Positions 28,905-39,296 of a DNA stretch of 64,000 nt are shown in pieces. Each line of letters opens with the position of its first letter. The first letter of the stretch is position 1. The DNA lies in assembly GCA_025966525.1 (NCBI GenBank), contig JAPDIG010000001.1, positions 13,435 through 77,434 of the forward strand, in the 5' to 3' direction. The notes under the pieces are model-generated. The model worked only from the letters and a program-made list of their open reading frames with translations. It made no database searches and was not told the DNA's origin. Both the position numbers and the translations under genes were made by a program. Source of the stretch: Candidatus Methanophagales archaeon. GTDB taxonomy: Archaea > Halobacteriota > Syntropharchaeia > Alkanophagales > Methanospirareceae.

Positions 28905-29552
28905 CTAATAACGGGATTTAATCACAAAAGCTTCCTCACCAAGAGTAGCGTTCGGCGTTCCTTGGTAGGTGGCTGAGTTCGCATTATGACGCATCCATGC
29001 AGCCATAACCTCAGCGAAGTTATCGTATCTTCTATTTTCATATTCCGTTGCATATTCACGGCACAGTGCTTGGAACGCTTCCCATGCCTGGTGGATTGTA
29101 TAGCCCTCTAATAGCGAAAGTAAAGGCACTGATAGTGTCCTGACAAAATCAGATAGATATGCATGTTTTTCTGATGACTGTGGAAGGAATACGAGATTGC
29201 GGAACCCGAAATACGCCTTTGCACCACGCGATGCCGCGGTTAATGCTAACCAGTTACCACTCTCACACGCTATCGCTATGAATATCGAACCACTAACATA
29301 GTCTATGTTATCATCATCGAATATCGCCCTACCGTCGCTGCCTATTAATGCCCGCTCTTTGCCGTGTCCACTAAACAGTATCAGCTCATACTTCTTGTCC
29401 TTCGGAAGGTTTTTCCGCCTCGCATCCCCACCCTCTAAAGAATCTACCTCAAAAGCTTCCGCCTCTAATGCTTCTATACAGACATGGGCGAGTATGGACG
29501 CCGCTTCCAATACTTTACTGCCTTCGTATGGCGTTATCACCAATGCACGCAT
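28905..29552 (-). CDS. Caspase-like (His/Cys dyad) protein, a putative C14/CHAT-type peptidase
   Basis: ILFSGHG (His-Gly) followed about 34 residues later by IAIACESG (Cys), resembling the caspase/metacaspase catalytic dyad. Assigned by motif only. Confidence 0.3.
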   Translation of the reverse strand: MRALVITPYEGSKVLEAASILAHVCIEALEAEAFEVDSLEGGDARRKNLPKDKKYELILFSGHGKERALIGSDGRAIFDDDNIDYVSGSIFIAIACESGNWLALTAASRGAKAYFGFRNLVFLPQSSEKHAYLSDFVRTLSVPLLSLLEGYTIHQAWEAFQALCREYATEYENRRYDNFAEVMAAWMRHNANSATYQGTPNATLGEEAFVIKSRY

Positions 29553-29560
29553 TTTTGTTT

Positions 29561-29974
29561 CTACGCTTCAATCCCCACTTCTGCAAGTTTTACTTTCACG
29601 CTCTCTATCCTTATCCTCCTACCCTCCTCCGTCACCGGCGTGAATCTGCCTTCATCATCAAGTATCTTCGCCTGCACGGGCTGGTAAATCTGTCCAAACA
29701 TCAGTAACTGGTAGCGTCTGCCGGCAGGCACAACAACCCTAAACTCACCGTTCATGTCCGTGCTCGTCTCCGCTACCACATTATTGCCCGCCTCATCCAT
29801 TATCTTTATCGGCGCCGCAAAAATCGGCTCGCCAGTCTCAGAATCTATTGCTATTCCTTCTATTACCGCCTTCTTCTCTTCCCCCATTTTTCCTACAATA
29901 AGCATTATGTAAAAAATAAAATAAAAACTTTTCTCGTCAATACCGTTTCCACTTAGTTTTATACTTGCGCGCAT
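29561..29974 (-). CDS. Carboxypeptidase-regulatory-domain-like / Ig-like beta-sandwich protein
   Basis: GIAIDSETGEPIFAAPIKIMDEAGNNVVAETSTDMNGEFRVVVPAG matches the CarboxypepD_reg-like pattern. Confidence 0.4.
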   Translation of the reverse strand: MRASIKLSGNGIDEKSFYFIFYIMLIVGKMGEEKKAVIEGIAIDSETGEPIFAAPIKIMDEAGNNVVAETSTDMNGEFRVVVPAGRRYQLLMFGQIYQPVQAKILDDEGRFTPVTEEGRRIRIESVKVKLAEVGIEA

Positions 29975-30245
29975 CCAAGCGTACCATTAAAAGCCACTCC
30001 ACTTTTTTCACCTTGTGTTTTTCACGCCACTCTCTCAGTTTTTTCAAGAATCCCCGTGTGCTATTCGTTTTCACTTGCACAAAATCTATCTCACTACCGT
30101 CCGGCGAAATCGCAAGAAAATCGAACATATTAAAAATATCTTGTGTGCCGTATTTCGACACTTTCTGTGGCTTGTATACTAACCAGCCCCGGTGCTCATA
30201 TTCCTGCACTGCTTCTCGTTCGTGCAGGCTACCTTTCCTGCTCAT
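29937..30245 (-). CDS. Holliday-junction-resolvase (Hjc)-like PD-(D/E)xK nuclease
   Basis: KGSLHEREAVQEYEHRGW...DFLAIS...IDFVQVKT follows the Hjc arrangement of G-S-x-x-E-R-E, D and E-V-K motifs. Confidence 0.45.
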   Translation of the reverse strand: MSRKGSLHEREAVQEYEHRGWLVYKPQKVSKYGTQDIFNMFDFLAISPDGSEIDFVQVKTNSTRGFLKKLREWREKHKVKKVEWLLMVRLDARKYKTKWKRY

Positions 30246-30483
30246 TGTATTTTTTCACGATAAAATTCAAAACCGCTCCCGCAATCTTGTCCATTATTGA
30301 ATCGGGCTGATTATCGCTCTCTACAATAGCAACAAAAAGTTTTCCGTCGTGCTTTTTTAGGATGAGCTCCCGTATCGTGGTGTTACCTCTAACTTTGAAG
30401 ATTAGGCTGAATGGGAAGTTGACTTTTGTGCTTTTTTCTTCCCTTACCATTTTTCCTTTCCCACCTCCATTTCGCAGCCTCAC
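30229..30483 (-). CDS. hypothetical protein
   Basis: 84-aa ORF whose start/stop overlaps its neighbours. Confidence 0.3.
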   Translation of the reverse strand: MRLRNGGGKGKMVREEKSTKVNFPFSLIFKVRGNTTIRELILKKHDGKLFVAIVESDNQPDSIMDKIAGAVLNFIVKKYNEQER

Positions 30484-30623
30484 TCAGCACAGGTAAAAGA
30501 ACACTTCCCGGGATTATGATGCTCGAACCTTTACGCTTGCCTCGCGCTTCGAGCACTGATCGCAACACATTTTCACCGCAAATGCGCGCGAGTGCTTTGA
30601 ATGACGCTGTGATAGTCGCTTTC

Positions 30624-30830
30624 TCACGCTTTGTTTTCATCTCCTTCTCCTCCTATGAACGCAAAAGGGTGATGATATGGATATAACAGCTCATCACCCT
30701 CTCCGCATTTCCCTTTCGTTACGGCAAGCCCCGTATTACAGGACCCGCACTTTGGACAGTCTTTGCACATCTTCTCTATCTCTTCTTTTTTATATCGCTT
30801 TTTCTTTAACGGACAATAAAATTTTACCAT
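30624..30830 (-). CDS. Zinc-ribbon protein
   Basis: CPLKKK...CKDCPKCGSC forms a four-Cys cluster. Confidence 0.35.
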   Translation of the reverse strand: MVKFYCPLKKKRYKKEEIEKMCKDCPKCGSCNTGLAVTKGKCGEGDELLYPYHHPFAFIGGEGDENKA

Positions 30831-31415
30831 TTTCTAACACTCTCCCGAATTCTCCTCCTTCTCATAAAAGTGAACGGGCTTGTGCATTCTCGATGCCTGC
30901 CCATGAATGTGAATTTACCGTTACATCCCCGGCGCCTACCCAAGAACTGGAATTTATGTGCTTTCCCTTCGGTCATTTTCCTTTACCGCTTCCTTTACAC
31001 CCACAACTATCTTATCCCATTCGTCCCAATACAGAAACATTGTATCAATCTTGTTCCCTCTATTTGTCATTATCTCTACACCATCGTTTGATATGGTTAC
31101 TGATATGGTTGCATCTTTGGCACTCTCAAATGCTATCTGCTTCATCGCCTCTTTCTCCTTCATCTAATATTGCTCTCAAATCACGCTCCCTTATCGCCCT
31201 CAAGAGAGCGGGCAGTTGCTTCCACTTCAAGCTCAGTAGCATAGCCAGAATTATTAGTCCCAAGCCATACCATTCATGTCCGGCGAGTTCGATGTCGAAT
31301 CCGCCAAACCGCACGAAGTGCTCGACTATCAAAAAGAAACCGGAAACGAGCAGCACGCCACTGGTAAGCCACCGGTAATACTTCAAACACCCCTTTGAAA
31401 GGTCACTTCTTCCAG

Positions 31416-31790
31416 TCATTCTTCCACCTCCAGATACAATATATTTTTTTTTATCTCCCATGATTTTATTTCGGGATGATTTTTAACGAGCTCGAACAGA
31501 GCCTCAATCTCTTCGCGCGAAAGGACTCGATCCGCTCCACCCGCTGGAGGCTCACGACGATAAGCCTCTTCAACTTCATCAGCATCGAGAGCTCTGTCAA
31601 ACATAATAACCTCACCGTCGAATGGATGGTCACTAACTCCGATTGCATCACTTGAAAATACGATGTGATGCCACTCTCCATCCGTTGGAACTTCGATATA
31701 TGTATCTTCTCCATCAAAGGAAAGACCTCGGATCTGGATACAGAGATTATCCTCCGTTCCCCTATTTAGCCTCTGATCTTCTTCGCTCAT
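31416..31790 (-). CDS. hypothetical acidic protein
   Basis: 124-aa ORF in the unidirectional small-gene array. Confidence 0.3.
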   Translation of the reverse strand: MSEEDQRLNRGTEDNLCIQIRGLSFDGEDTYIEVPTDGEWHHIVFSSDAIGVSDHPFDGEVIMFDRALDADEVEEAYRREPPAGGADRVLSREEIEALFELVKNHPEIKSWEIKKNILYLEVEE

Positions 31791-33072
31791 TTTTTTCTTT
31801 TTCTCTCACCTCCTTGTTTTTTAAGTTGTTTCAATAGCTCTTTGTATTCCTCTTCAGTTATTATCTCGTTCTGATAGAAAAACTCAACCATTTCCTTGAA
31901 TTTTTCCTCGAATGGCTCTATCTCTTCCCTTTCAACAGTTTCAGCAATCCCTATCAATGTTATCACCTCCTCATGCACGAATACGCTCCTCTATATCATC
32001 ACACAACCCTCTAAACGGACACCTCTCGCACGAACACTGAAGTTTGCATGTTCTACTTACGAACATAACTTTACCGTCAGCATTGAGTTTTACACTGAAA
32101 CGCACGGTCACACTCGGTTCTCTCAGTTGCTCCTCACGCAGAAAATAGAACCGCTTTTCTTCCTGTATTCCATTCATCGCCACATTCTCTAATAGCTCAG
32201 CAAGCTGTTCTTTTCTCACTTTTCATCACCCTATTGCTCGAAAGAATAGCACTTGAAAGTTTTACCATCAAACTCCCCATAGTGCTCTTTTCTCGCACAT
32301 CTCCCTGAACAAAGCATGAACTTGGTTTTGAATTTGTCGCTCACTACTACATCGTTTCCATCTTCTCTTTCCTCCATAACCACTAAGTCGCCATCGTCAT
32401 CGACTGAAACATAAAAAATTTTGTTTCCTCTCGTATTTACCTCTTTACTCATCCCTCTCCATCTCCTCAATAATTCTTCTCTCAAGTTTTCGCGCTACTT
32501 GCGAGTCCATCTCCCGCGCCAGCTTTTCACCAAACGCTACACCTTTCAAAAATACCTCGAAATCATCTACCCACCTCCTGAATTTTAAAATTCGGAATGG
32601 GTGTGGCATTTCCCCGAACTCATTTTCAAAAAAAGTAAGTATTGCTGCGGTTCTGAGAACATCGTATACTACTTCTGTCGGTATATCCTCTTTTTTCTCT
32701 TCCTCACTCATTTCTTTTTCACCTCCTCTTCTGCATCATGGAGCATTAACCTTAAATCATGAATATGATCTCGCACCCATCTTCTATATTCTTCCTCGCT
32801 TGTTACTTTACTTCCTTGTATCTGTGCACGTGCACAGAAATTACTAACGTGCCACTTCCCACACGCGAAACAAAAACACCACTCACTCATTTCTCTTCTC
32901 CTCATCTAATTTATACTCATTTTTCTGCACCTTCTCTAAACCAATCAAGATGAGATTTTGTTGCCCTTTATACATTCTACCTTTGTATCTACCGACTCCT
33001 TTAACATCCATATCAAATTCTACTCTCTGTATCACTCTCTCTTCCAAGAGTTTTAGAGCTTCCTTTAGCCCA

Positions 33073-33510
33073 CTAATTTTTATAATTTCTTCTTCCTTCA
33101 TTTTCCTTTTCCTCACCCCAAACACTCTTAAAAGCTTCTAATTTCTCAAGCTCTTTTCTAATGGCTCTCATCCTCGATCCTTCTTTTGCCTTCAACTCTT
33201 TCAACTCATCAACGCTCATGAAAAAGACTGCAAGAGGCAGGTCATAGTAATCTGCGATTATCTTTAGCTTCTCAAGTTCGATTTCTATTTTATTCCTTCT
33301 TTTGCCACTGGTCGAAATTTCATTCTTGATATGTTCCCTTGCATACTCTACTCCTGCCTTGAATCCCAAAAAGCACAAATTCTTTATCATAACACCGTGC
33401 GGGACGAATTCTCTTGAATGATACCACTGCTCAAATGCTTCCCTCATCTTCTTCTCTTCCATTGTTTTCTCCTTATTCATTTTACCCTCACCTCCCTTTT
33501 CTTCCACCAA
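33073..33510 (-). CDS. hypothetical protein
   Basis: 145-aa ORF with overlapping start/stop codons (operonic). Confidence 0.3.
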   Translation of the reverse strand: MVEEKGGEGKMNKEKTMEEKKMREAFEQWYHSREFVPHGVMIKNLCFLGFKAGVEYAREHIKNEISTSGKRRNKIEIELEKLKIIADYYDLPLAVFFMSVDELKELKAKEGSRMRAIRKELEKLEAFKSVWGEEKENEGRRNYKN

Positions 33511-33890
33511 ATCAACGCTTGAGCAAGCGCATCGGCAAGTTTCCCGTTCCCAAATTCACATAGAGTTTCAATTTCATCAAAGAACATACACTCATAATCC
33601 ACTTTGTAGCTATTGCTAAGTTTATATACAACGAGATAAAAGCTTCGGTCTTTACCCACTCTTATGCAATCAGGCAACTTCTCCATTAGCTCCACGGCTG
33701 TATAGGCTGGTATTTTCTCTTTTACTTCTCTACCGGTACCGCTGTAATCAAAATCATCTTCATGCTCCATTGCAAGATCAACTGACCCATCATCCCATAC
33801 TCGCCAGTAAAAGAGACTGGGAGAGTTCACACCAACCTCTGTTAGCCTCTTCGCAAGCTCCAAAGAAACGACAATGTCTTCTTTTCTCAT
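33477..33890 (-). CDS. hypothetical protein
   Basis: 137-aa ORF in the array. Confidence 0.3.
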   Translation of the reverse strand: MRKEDIVVSLELAKRLTEVGVNSPSLFYWRVWDDGSVDLAMEHEDDFDYSGTGREVKEKIPAYTAVELMEKLPDCIRVGKDRSFYLVVYKLSNSYKVDYECMFFDEIETLCEFGNGKLADALAQALIWWKKREVRVK

Positions 33891-33915
33891 GTTTCTTCCT
33901 CGACTTTGATCTCCT

Positions 33916-34206
33916 TTAAGAAAGATTCTCCATCATCTTGCACTCTTCGCATATGTCTCCTTGCTCTACTTCTTTCCCGCATAATGTGCAGATATTTGCC
34001 TCTTCGCATTCCAGAATTCTGTAATAGTGCATATACGAACCTTCAGTTGCGCTATCAGGCATTGAGTAGGGAACGAAAATTACACTACGCTGCCACATGT
34101 TCACATTTACAACTTTGCACCTAAGATTCGACCAAAGTATCTCATCGCCTTCTCGCAAGTCATCTATTGTTACTACCTCAATCTTGGCTCGCTTCACTAT
34201 CTTCAT
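33916..34206 (-). CDS. Cys-rich zinc-binding protein
   Basis: C-terminal CTLCGKEVEQGDICEECK forms a CxxC...CxxC pair. Confidence 0.35.
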   Translation of the reverse strand: MKIVKRAKIEVVTIDDLREGDEILWSNLRCKVVNVNMWQRSVIFVPYSMPDSATEGSYMHYYRILECEEANICTLCGKEVEQGDICEECKMMENLS

Positions 34207-34736
34207 TTCGATCCATCGCTTTTTTTAATCCTATTCAAATTCTTTTTGATCTTCACTTCTGTGAATTTTTCCAGCTCAGAGATTAGTTCTTTGAGTTTCG
34301 CCGGAGAAGGTTCCGGTAGATTATGACCTTTGCTATCAGCTCCTATGCTAACGAACTCTGGACCTATAGCCTTCAAAAGATACACAAAGTCTCCTAAATC
34401 GAAATCCATTATTGGCTCTATACTGACCATTTTTCTGAAACCATAGCCTACCGCTAATGTGAAATCCGCCCATCTCTTAGTAGGCTCAGGCGCTTTTGTT
34501 ACTTTATAATCTCTGTTTGTTTCTATAGTCACGCCGAGTACAGAGTTCAGACCAAAGTAATCAACGAATTCAAGGAATCTTATGGGGTTTTTCGTCTGAA
34601 ACAAGTATGTGTTGTCAGGGAACTTTCTAGTATATTCGAGAACTTCCGTTATCCAAATATCTGGCACTTCTTTCGACCACATATCAGTTGAACTTCCCAC
34701 GAAAATGAAATTACCACTACCGAGTTTTGTCCGCAA
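34203..34736 (-). CDS. hypothetical protein (possibly Gp37/Gp68-like)
   Basis: 177-aa ORF. SIEPIMDFDLGDF is reminiscent of the phage Gp37/Gp68 family. The assignment is weak. Confidence 0.25.
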   Translation of the reverse strand: MRTKLGSGNFIFVGSSTDMWSKEVPDIWITEVLEYTRKFPDNTYLFQTKNPIRFLEFVDYFGLNSVLGVTIETNRDYKVTKAPEPTKRWADFTLAVGYGFRKMVSIEPIMDFDLGDFVYLLKAIGPEFVSIGADSKGHNLPEPSPAKLKELISELEKFTEVKIKKNLNRIKKSDGSK

Positions 34737-34867
34737 CTCTTTCTCTTCAAGTCTCAGTTTTTCCCACTTTAAATCGCTTCATGTAGCAATATACACACTG
34801 ATGTGGGCATTCCCCTCTTATAGGGTTCCATGTATGGGTTACAAACGGATACATATTGCCCGATTGT

Positions 34868-35296
34868 TTATTCAAACCCATCTTCTCTCACCTTCTGCTC
34901 ATTTCCTTCTCCACCATCCGCCAATATCTCCTCGTATTGCTTACGCAACCTCTCCTTCTCTTCGTCCAATTCCTTTATCTTTGCCTCGATTCTTTTTATA
35001 TCCCAGTATAACTTTCCTTTGCGCAGTTCTTTGGAATGCTCTCGCAAAAAATTTATCATATCCTTGACTTTCTCGCCGCCTGGCAGATATAACATACCCT
35101 TGCGCCAAATCTCTAATGTCTTAGCAATATCCTCTGGTTTATCCGTCTCAAAGAATAGTTCCGTATCAGCAATCGCCGATACCTCTCTGATAAATCTACC
35201 ATTGTCGTGGTAGATTCTTATCCGGTTAATCACTACTGGTTCATCTGAATTTACAAAATCAAAACTTTTTTTCTCTATTGAAATTGTATAATACAT
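34868..35296 (-). CDS. hypothetical protein
   Basis: 142-aa ORF with a charged C-terminus. Confidence 0.3.
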   Translation of the reverse strand: MYYTISIEKKSFDFVNSDEPVVINRIRIYHDNGRFIREVSAIADTELFFETDKPEDIAKTLEIWRKGMLYLPGGEKVKDMINFLREHSKELRKGKLYWDIKRIEAKIKELDEEKERLRKQYEEILADGGEGNEQKVREDGFE

Positions 35297-35297
35297 T

Positions 35298-35744
35298 TCA
35301 TCTCACCTCCTCAATCCTCCACCCAGATGCGCCTATCACATTGACATCCTTCAACGCTTCTACCGCATCCCTAAACTCACTGATCCGCCTTACATCTCCA
35401 CATACAACCGCCACACGCATTATTTTACCAGCATGTGCAACCGCTGAAACTGACTGAACAACATCTCTGAACTCCGCTTCGCACTTAATTATATCACTGA
35501 TCAGCATCTGTTTCCGTTCGTCCTTCGATGCGGGTAATACATATGCCACCACACCGAGTTCTCGTCCCTCCTTGTTCTCACGAGTGAGCGAACGCTCAAC
35601 ATACAGACGAATCAGGTCCCGTATAGCCTCCGAAATTGTTGCATACCCCTGTTCTTTTCGTATTGAATCAAATAGCTGGTGCAGCCTTGTAGGCAGCGAA
35701 AATGTTAGTCGAGATAGTTCAACCGTGCTTTTCCTTCGGCTCAT
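35298..35744 (-). CDS. Ribbon-helix-helix transcription regulator with a C-terminal ACT-like domain (NikR-like architecture)
   Basis: N-terminal RLTFSLPTRLHQLFDSIRKEQGYATISEAIRDLIR is RHH-like. The C-terminal part is about 90 aa of beta-alpha-beta. Confidence 0.4.
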   Translation of the reverse strand: MSRRKSTVELSRLTFSLPTRLHQLFDSIRKEQGYATISEAIRDLIRLYVERSLTRENKEGRELGVVAYVLPASKDERKQMLISDIIKCEAEFRDVVQSVSAVAHAGKIMRVAVVCGDVRRISEFRDAVEALKDVNVIGASGWRIEEVR

Positions 35745-36129
35745 TTCTCTTCCCTCCTTCTATCCAAAAACTCCCGAATTTTCTTATCGAGAACTTTCGC
35801 AAAATCATCCACTTCCCTCATCGCTTCTTCCGACTTACCTTCACACATCACCGTCACCACGATAGTAGCTGGTTTTGGCGTGTTCACTACATACCGCATT
35901 TTTACATTATACTCACTATTGTTCTCCATTTCCCCTCCTCTTCTTCTCCCATGCCTCTATCAAAGATAGCAGCGCTTTCAAATCCGCTATCTTTTCTTCT
36001 ATTTCCTCAATCTTTCCCTTCACTAACAGCAGATGCTCGTGCTTCATTCCTCCACCACCCCGGACGCAATGGTTTATTATGCACCACCTTTATCCTGTGC
36101 CTACAGTGCGGACACCGATATTCAGTCGT

Positions 36130-37500
36130 GAACTACCCATCAATGAATTGATGGGCATCTGATTCATGAAGGGACGACATCCTTCGCCCTCCATGTCAGC
36201 GGTGCGTCCACAACACCAATACTCCTCGAGATATTCCTCTCTTGGAGATACTTCTTCAGTATGTTCAGCGCCGCATTCACATCCGCATTCAGCTCCGCTC
36301 CACAGCTTTTGCATACATACAGACCTCTATACTTGCGGTTCGCTCTCCTCACGGCGCCGCAAACCGAACAGGTCTTACTCGTGTCTCGCTCACTGACTTT
36401 TTCAAATCGTATGCCAGATAGTTTCGCTTTGTATTCTATCTGCGTCAGGAGCTTAGCAAAAGCCCACGCGTGGAGCTTCTGGTTGCCTCGCCTCCCACAG
36501 TTCTTACCTCGCCTTATGTTCTTCACATCACCACATACTATTGTCCCCACATTATTCCTCTTTGCTTCTTCTACCACTTCCTTTGATACCATGTGGATAA
36601 TCTGGTTAATTTGTCTTCTTTTTCTTTTATGCATGTTCGTAATTGCTTTGCTTCCTCTTTTATTATATTGCTTCATCGTTTTTGATTGCACCTTCGCTAT
36701 CTCTTTATTGAAATAATGCTGAACCGCGAGAGCCAACCTGCCGGAATATATGGTTGAATTCCCTTTTGTATCCACTGTAACGGCAAGATTTATTATCCCT
36801 ATATCCACAGCCATTATCTCAGGACTATCTTTCAGCGGCACTTCCGGTATCTCATACACCACATGTGCCATCCATTTCCCACTCTCATAAAGGATATTGC
36901 ACATCTTCGGGATACCTTCTATCTCACGCCAGTTATTGATCTTCAGATGGAGTTTATCCACCCCCTCTTCCGCTCTGAATTTCCTCGACATTACGAGCGT
37001 GATTGTATCTCCCTCTATTGAGAACTGTTGATAAAATGTGAGAGGACTTAGCTTATTCTTCTTTCGGAAACCGGGTGGTTTCGCATTCGGGTCTTCTTTC
37101 CGCAAGTGGAACCATGAATTATAATTATCTTGCAAGTTCTTGATAATCGCCTGCGCCGTCTGAGAAGGTAAGAGTTTATACCAGTGGTTGTCCTTCAGTT
37201 TCTTCTTTTGCTCGTACCAGTCGGGTATTTTACCGGTCTGTGCCCATATCTCTCGCCTTTGCCAGTTATCGGTATTATACAATTTCGTCGCATAATAACC
37301 AAGCTTCCTCAGTAACTTCTCTTGCTCATCTGTTACTTCAATCCGATACTTTACTGTTAGTTTCATCTCTGCGCCACACTATTTATTTATATGTTTTTAT
37401 TATATAAAAAGTTTTAAGGTATAGGTGGGGAGAGATTTAATCATCTCTGCGCCACCCCCACCTATACCCGCACCCCGCCCTAAAGGGCGGTGGGGATGTC
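36130..37500 (-). mobile_element. Second IS200/IS605-family tnpB-only element (diverged from the first)
   Basis: RE gtgaactacccatcaatgaattgatgggcatc at 36126-36160 has the same tgaactaccca-plus-palindrome organisation. LE-side hairpins ggtataggtgggg...ccccacctatacc and ccgccctaaagggcgg lie at 37420-37500. Confidence 0.55.
36164..37366 (-). CDS. tnpB: TnpB (IS200/IS605 OrfB family)
   Basis: VDIGIINLAV (RuvC-I), zinc finger CSVCG...CKSCG, and DVNAALNI (RuvC-III). Confidence 0.75.
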   Translation of the reverse strand: MKLTVKYRIEVTDEQEKLLRKLGYYATKLYNTDNWQRREIWAQTGKIPDWYEQKKKLKDNHWYKLLPSQTAQAIIKNLQDNYNSWFHLRKEDPNAKPPGFRKKNKLSPLTFYQQFSIEGDTITLVMSRKFRAEEGVDKLHLKINNWREIEGIPKMCNILYESGKWMAHVVYEIPEVPLKDSPEIMAVDIGIINLAVTVDTKGNSTIYSGRLALAVQHYFNKEIAKVQSKTMKQYNKRGSKAITNMHKRKRRQINQIIHMVSKEVVEEAKRNNVGTIVCGDVKNIRRGKNCGRRGNQKLHAWAFAKLLTQIEYKAKLSGIRFEKVSERDTSKTCSVCGAVRRANRKYRGLYVCKSCGAELNADVNAALNILKKYLQERNISRSIGVVDAPLTWRAKDVVPS

Positions 37501-37533
37501 AGTGTTATCACCGTTATCACCGTTATCACCATC

Positions 37534-38520
37534 TTACCACTTATGAACCATTTCCGCTTCCTGCTCTTCTGCCTCGATCTCCTCCGGCTCCCGCCATTCA
37601 CGATTCAATAACTTGAGTATTGCTCGCCTACCTGCTTTCGTTATCGCATCCCTAATGGCAAAATCTCTGAACTTGATAAATCTCTTGTAAGCCCGATACT
37701 TTGCTTCCGGCGTTAAAATCGGCCGCCCCTCTTCGTCGAAGCCCTCAATAGGCTTCTTTTTTTGTTTCTGCATCTTTTCTATTATTTCAAATAGGATGCG
37801 CTCCTTCGAGACATCGAAATAGTGAATTACACACTCTTCTATGAACTGCCCGTCAGGAAGCGTTGCTCGCACCACTGCCTTTGCATACTCGCTCGTCTGC
37901 TCTGTTGGTTCCATAATTTGAAGTGAAATTTTTGCCTGATTTCCCCATTGTTGCGCCAGTCCACTATCTGGCTCTTCGTGATCCTCCACCCGATACATTC
38001 TACCTCTCTTTACCTTGAACTCCATCTCTTGCGCCTCTCGTATGCCCTGTTGTGAAGGTGTTGCTGGAAGTTTTGGCTCTGGCATCTCTATCTCTCCACG
38101 CCTGAATGCGTAAAACTGCTTAACCTCTTCTTTTTCTTTTAGCTCGTTGGTATCCATAGGCTTATCACCGTTGAAACCCCAGAAGCGCCCATTTGGACTG
38201 TTACTATTGTATGTCCTGCCGATAACTACATCGTCTCCCAACCTTTTTATGAACTGTATCTTGTCGTCTTTTCGTTGCTCTTTGAAGCCTATACGCCTCA
38301 GAAACTCTTGCTCGTCCTCTCGCTTACTCCCCTCCGTCTCGTCTTCAATCGTCTTTTTAGGTTCGGTATTGCCCCCTGTATCTCTTGCCGTTACGCCTTT
38401 CGGCGCTTCCTCCTTCTCTTTATCCTTAGCCTGTGCTTTTTCTATTATTGGTAGCTGCTGTTCCGCCGGTTTTGCTTTCTCTTCCTTAACCATTTTCTTT
38501 TCTTCTTTCATTTTTCCCAA
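37534..38520 (-). CDS. hypothetical Lys/Glu-rich protein
   Basis: 328-aa ORF with low-complexity charged N- and C-termini. Confidence 0.35.
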   Translation of the reverse strand: MGKMKEEKKMVKEEKAKPAEQQLPIIEKAQAKDKEKEEAPKGVTARDTGGNTEPKKTIEDETEGSKREDEQEFLRRIGFKEQRKDDKIQFIKRLGDDVVIGRTYNSNSPNGRFWGFNGDKPMDTNELKEKEEVKQFYAFRRGEIEMPEPKLPATPSQQGIREAQEMEFKVKRGRMYRVEDHEEPDSGLAQQWGNQAKISLQIMEPTEQTSEYAKAVVRATLPDGQFIEECVIHYFDVSKERILFEIIEKMQKQKKKPIEGFDEEGRPILTPEAKYRAYKRFIKFRDFAIRDAITKAGRRAILKLLNREWREPEEIEAEEQEAEMVHKW

Positions 38521-38922
38521 ACCGTGATATTATAATCCGTTCAGGACCGATGCTTTCACCGGTGTGTATGTCCCTTAGTACTATTGTGATGTCTAACATC
38601 TCATTTGAATGTAGCCGGTCGAACCAATAATCATCCAGTTTATCTTTGATATAGCGCAGTCTTCTTTTACTTATCCTTCTATCTTTCATTTTTTTGTTTG
38701 GTTCGTTTTTTTTACTCTTTACTGATGCGCACCTCAACAATATCCCCCACAGTGAAATCCGTCAGCACCCACGGTTTACCTTTTATCGTCACGGATATAT
38801 CTTCCGAATCAAATGTTATAGTCCGTGTCTGCGCTTCTTTCTCCTCGCGCTTCGTTGTCGTGTCTGTTATCTTTTTCACTTTCATCTTCTCTATTGCTAA
38901 CAACTCCATTTCACATCACCCC

Positions 38923-39156
38923 CTATAATATTCCTTTCCGCATCTTTTTTATTACATTCAGCTCCCACTCCGCTTTTCTAACCCGCTCCACTGCTTTATC
39001 CCGCTTGATCCGCTTCTGTTCCTCCAAATAGCGCAGGTAATCGTCCGTCTTTTTTATGTTTTTCCGCGTCATAAGCTCTCGTATCTCCTGTGCATATCCC
39101 TCTTCTGTTCTCAGCCCTATCATCTCTTCGCTCTTCTCTTCCATCTTCACATACAC
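38923..39156 (-). CDS. hypothetical protein
   Basis: 77-aa charged helical ORF. Confidence 0.3.
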   Translation of the reverse strand: MYVKMEEKSEEMIGLRTEEGYAQEIRELMTRKNIKKTDDYLRYLEEQKRIKRDKAVERVRKAEWELNVIKKMRKGIL

Positions 39157-39296
39157 CTCACTAATATCTAAGTGGTAGGTATATATAAAACTTTTGATAA
39201 ACTAAAAAAATATTTTCATATACCGAAAGGTTTATATAGTCCCAGAATCTATGCCAGTGTGGTTCTATCACGATGTTTTTCTGTAGAAAAATGCAG

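Noticed and set aside
30677-31378. 233-aa plus-strand ORF across the small-gene array
   Set aside because: Antisense to several compact, RBS-preceded minus-strand genes. The Ser/Leu/Pro-rich composition is typical of shadow frames.
37505-37530. Short tandem repeat caccgttat x2.5, considered as a possible CRISPR or mini-satellite
   Set aside because: Only about 2.5 units of 9 bp, with no spacers and no further copies. It lies in the IS left-end region.
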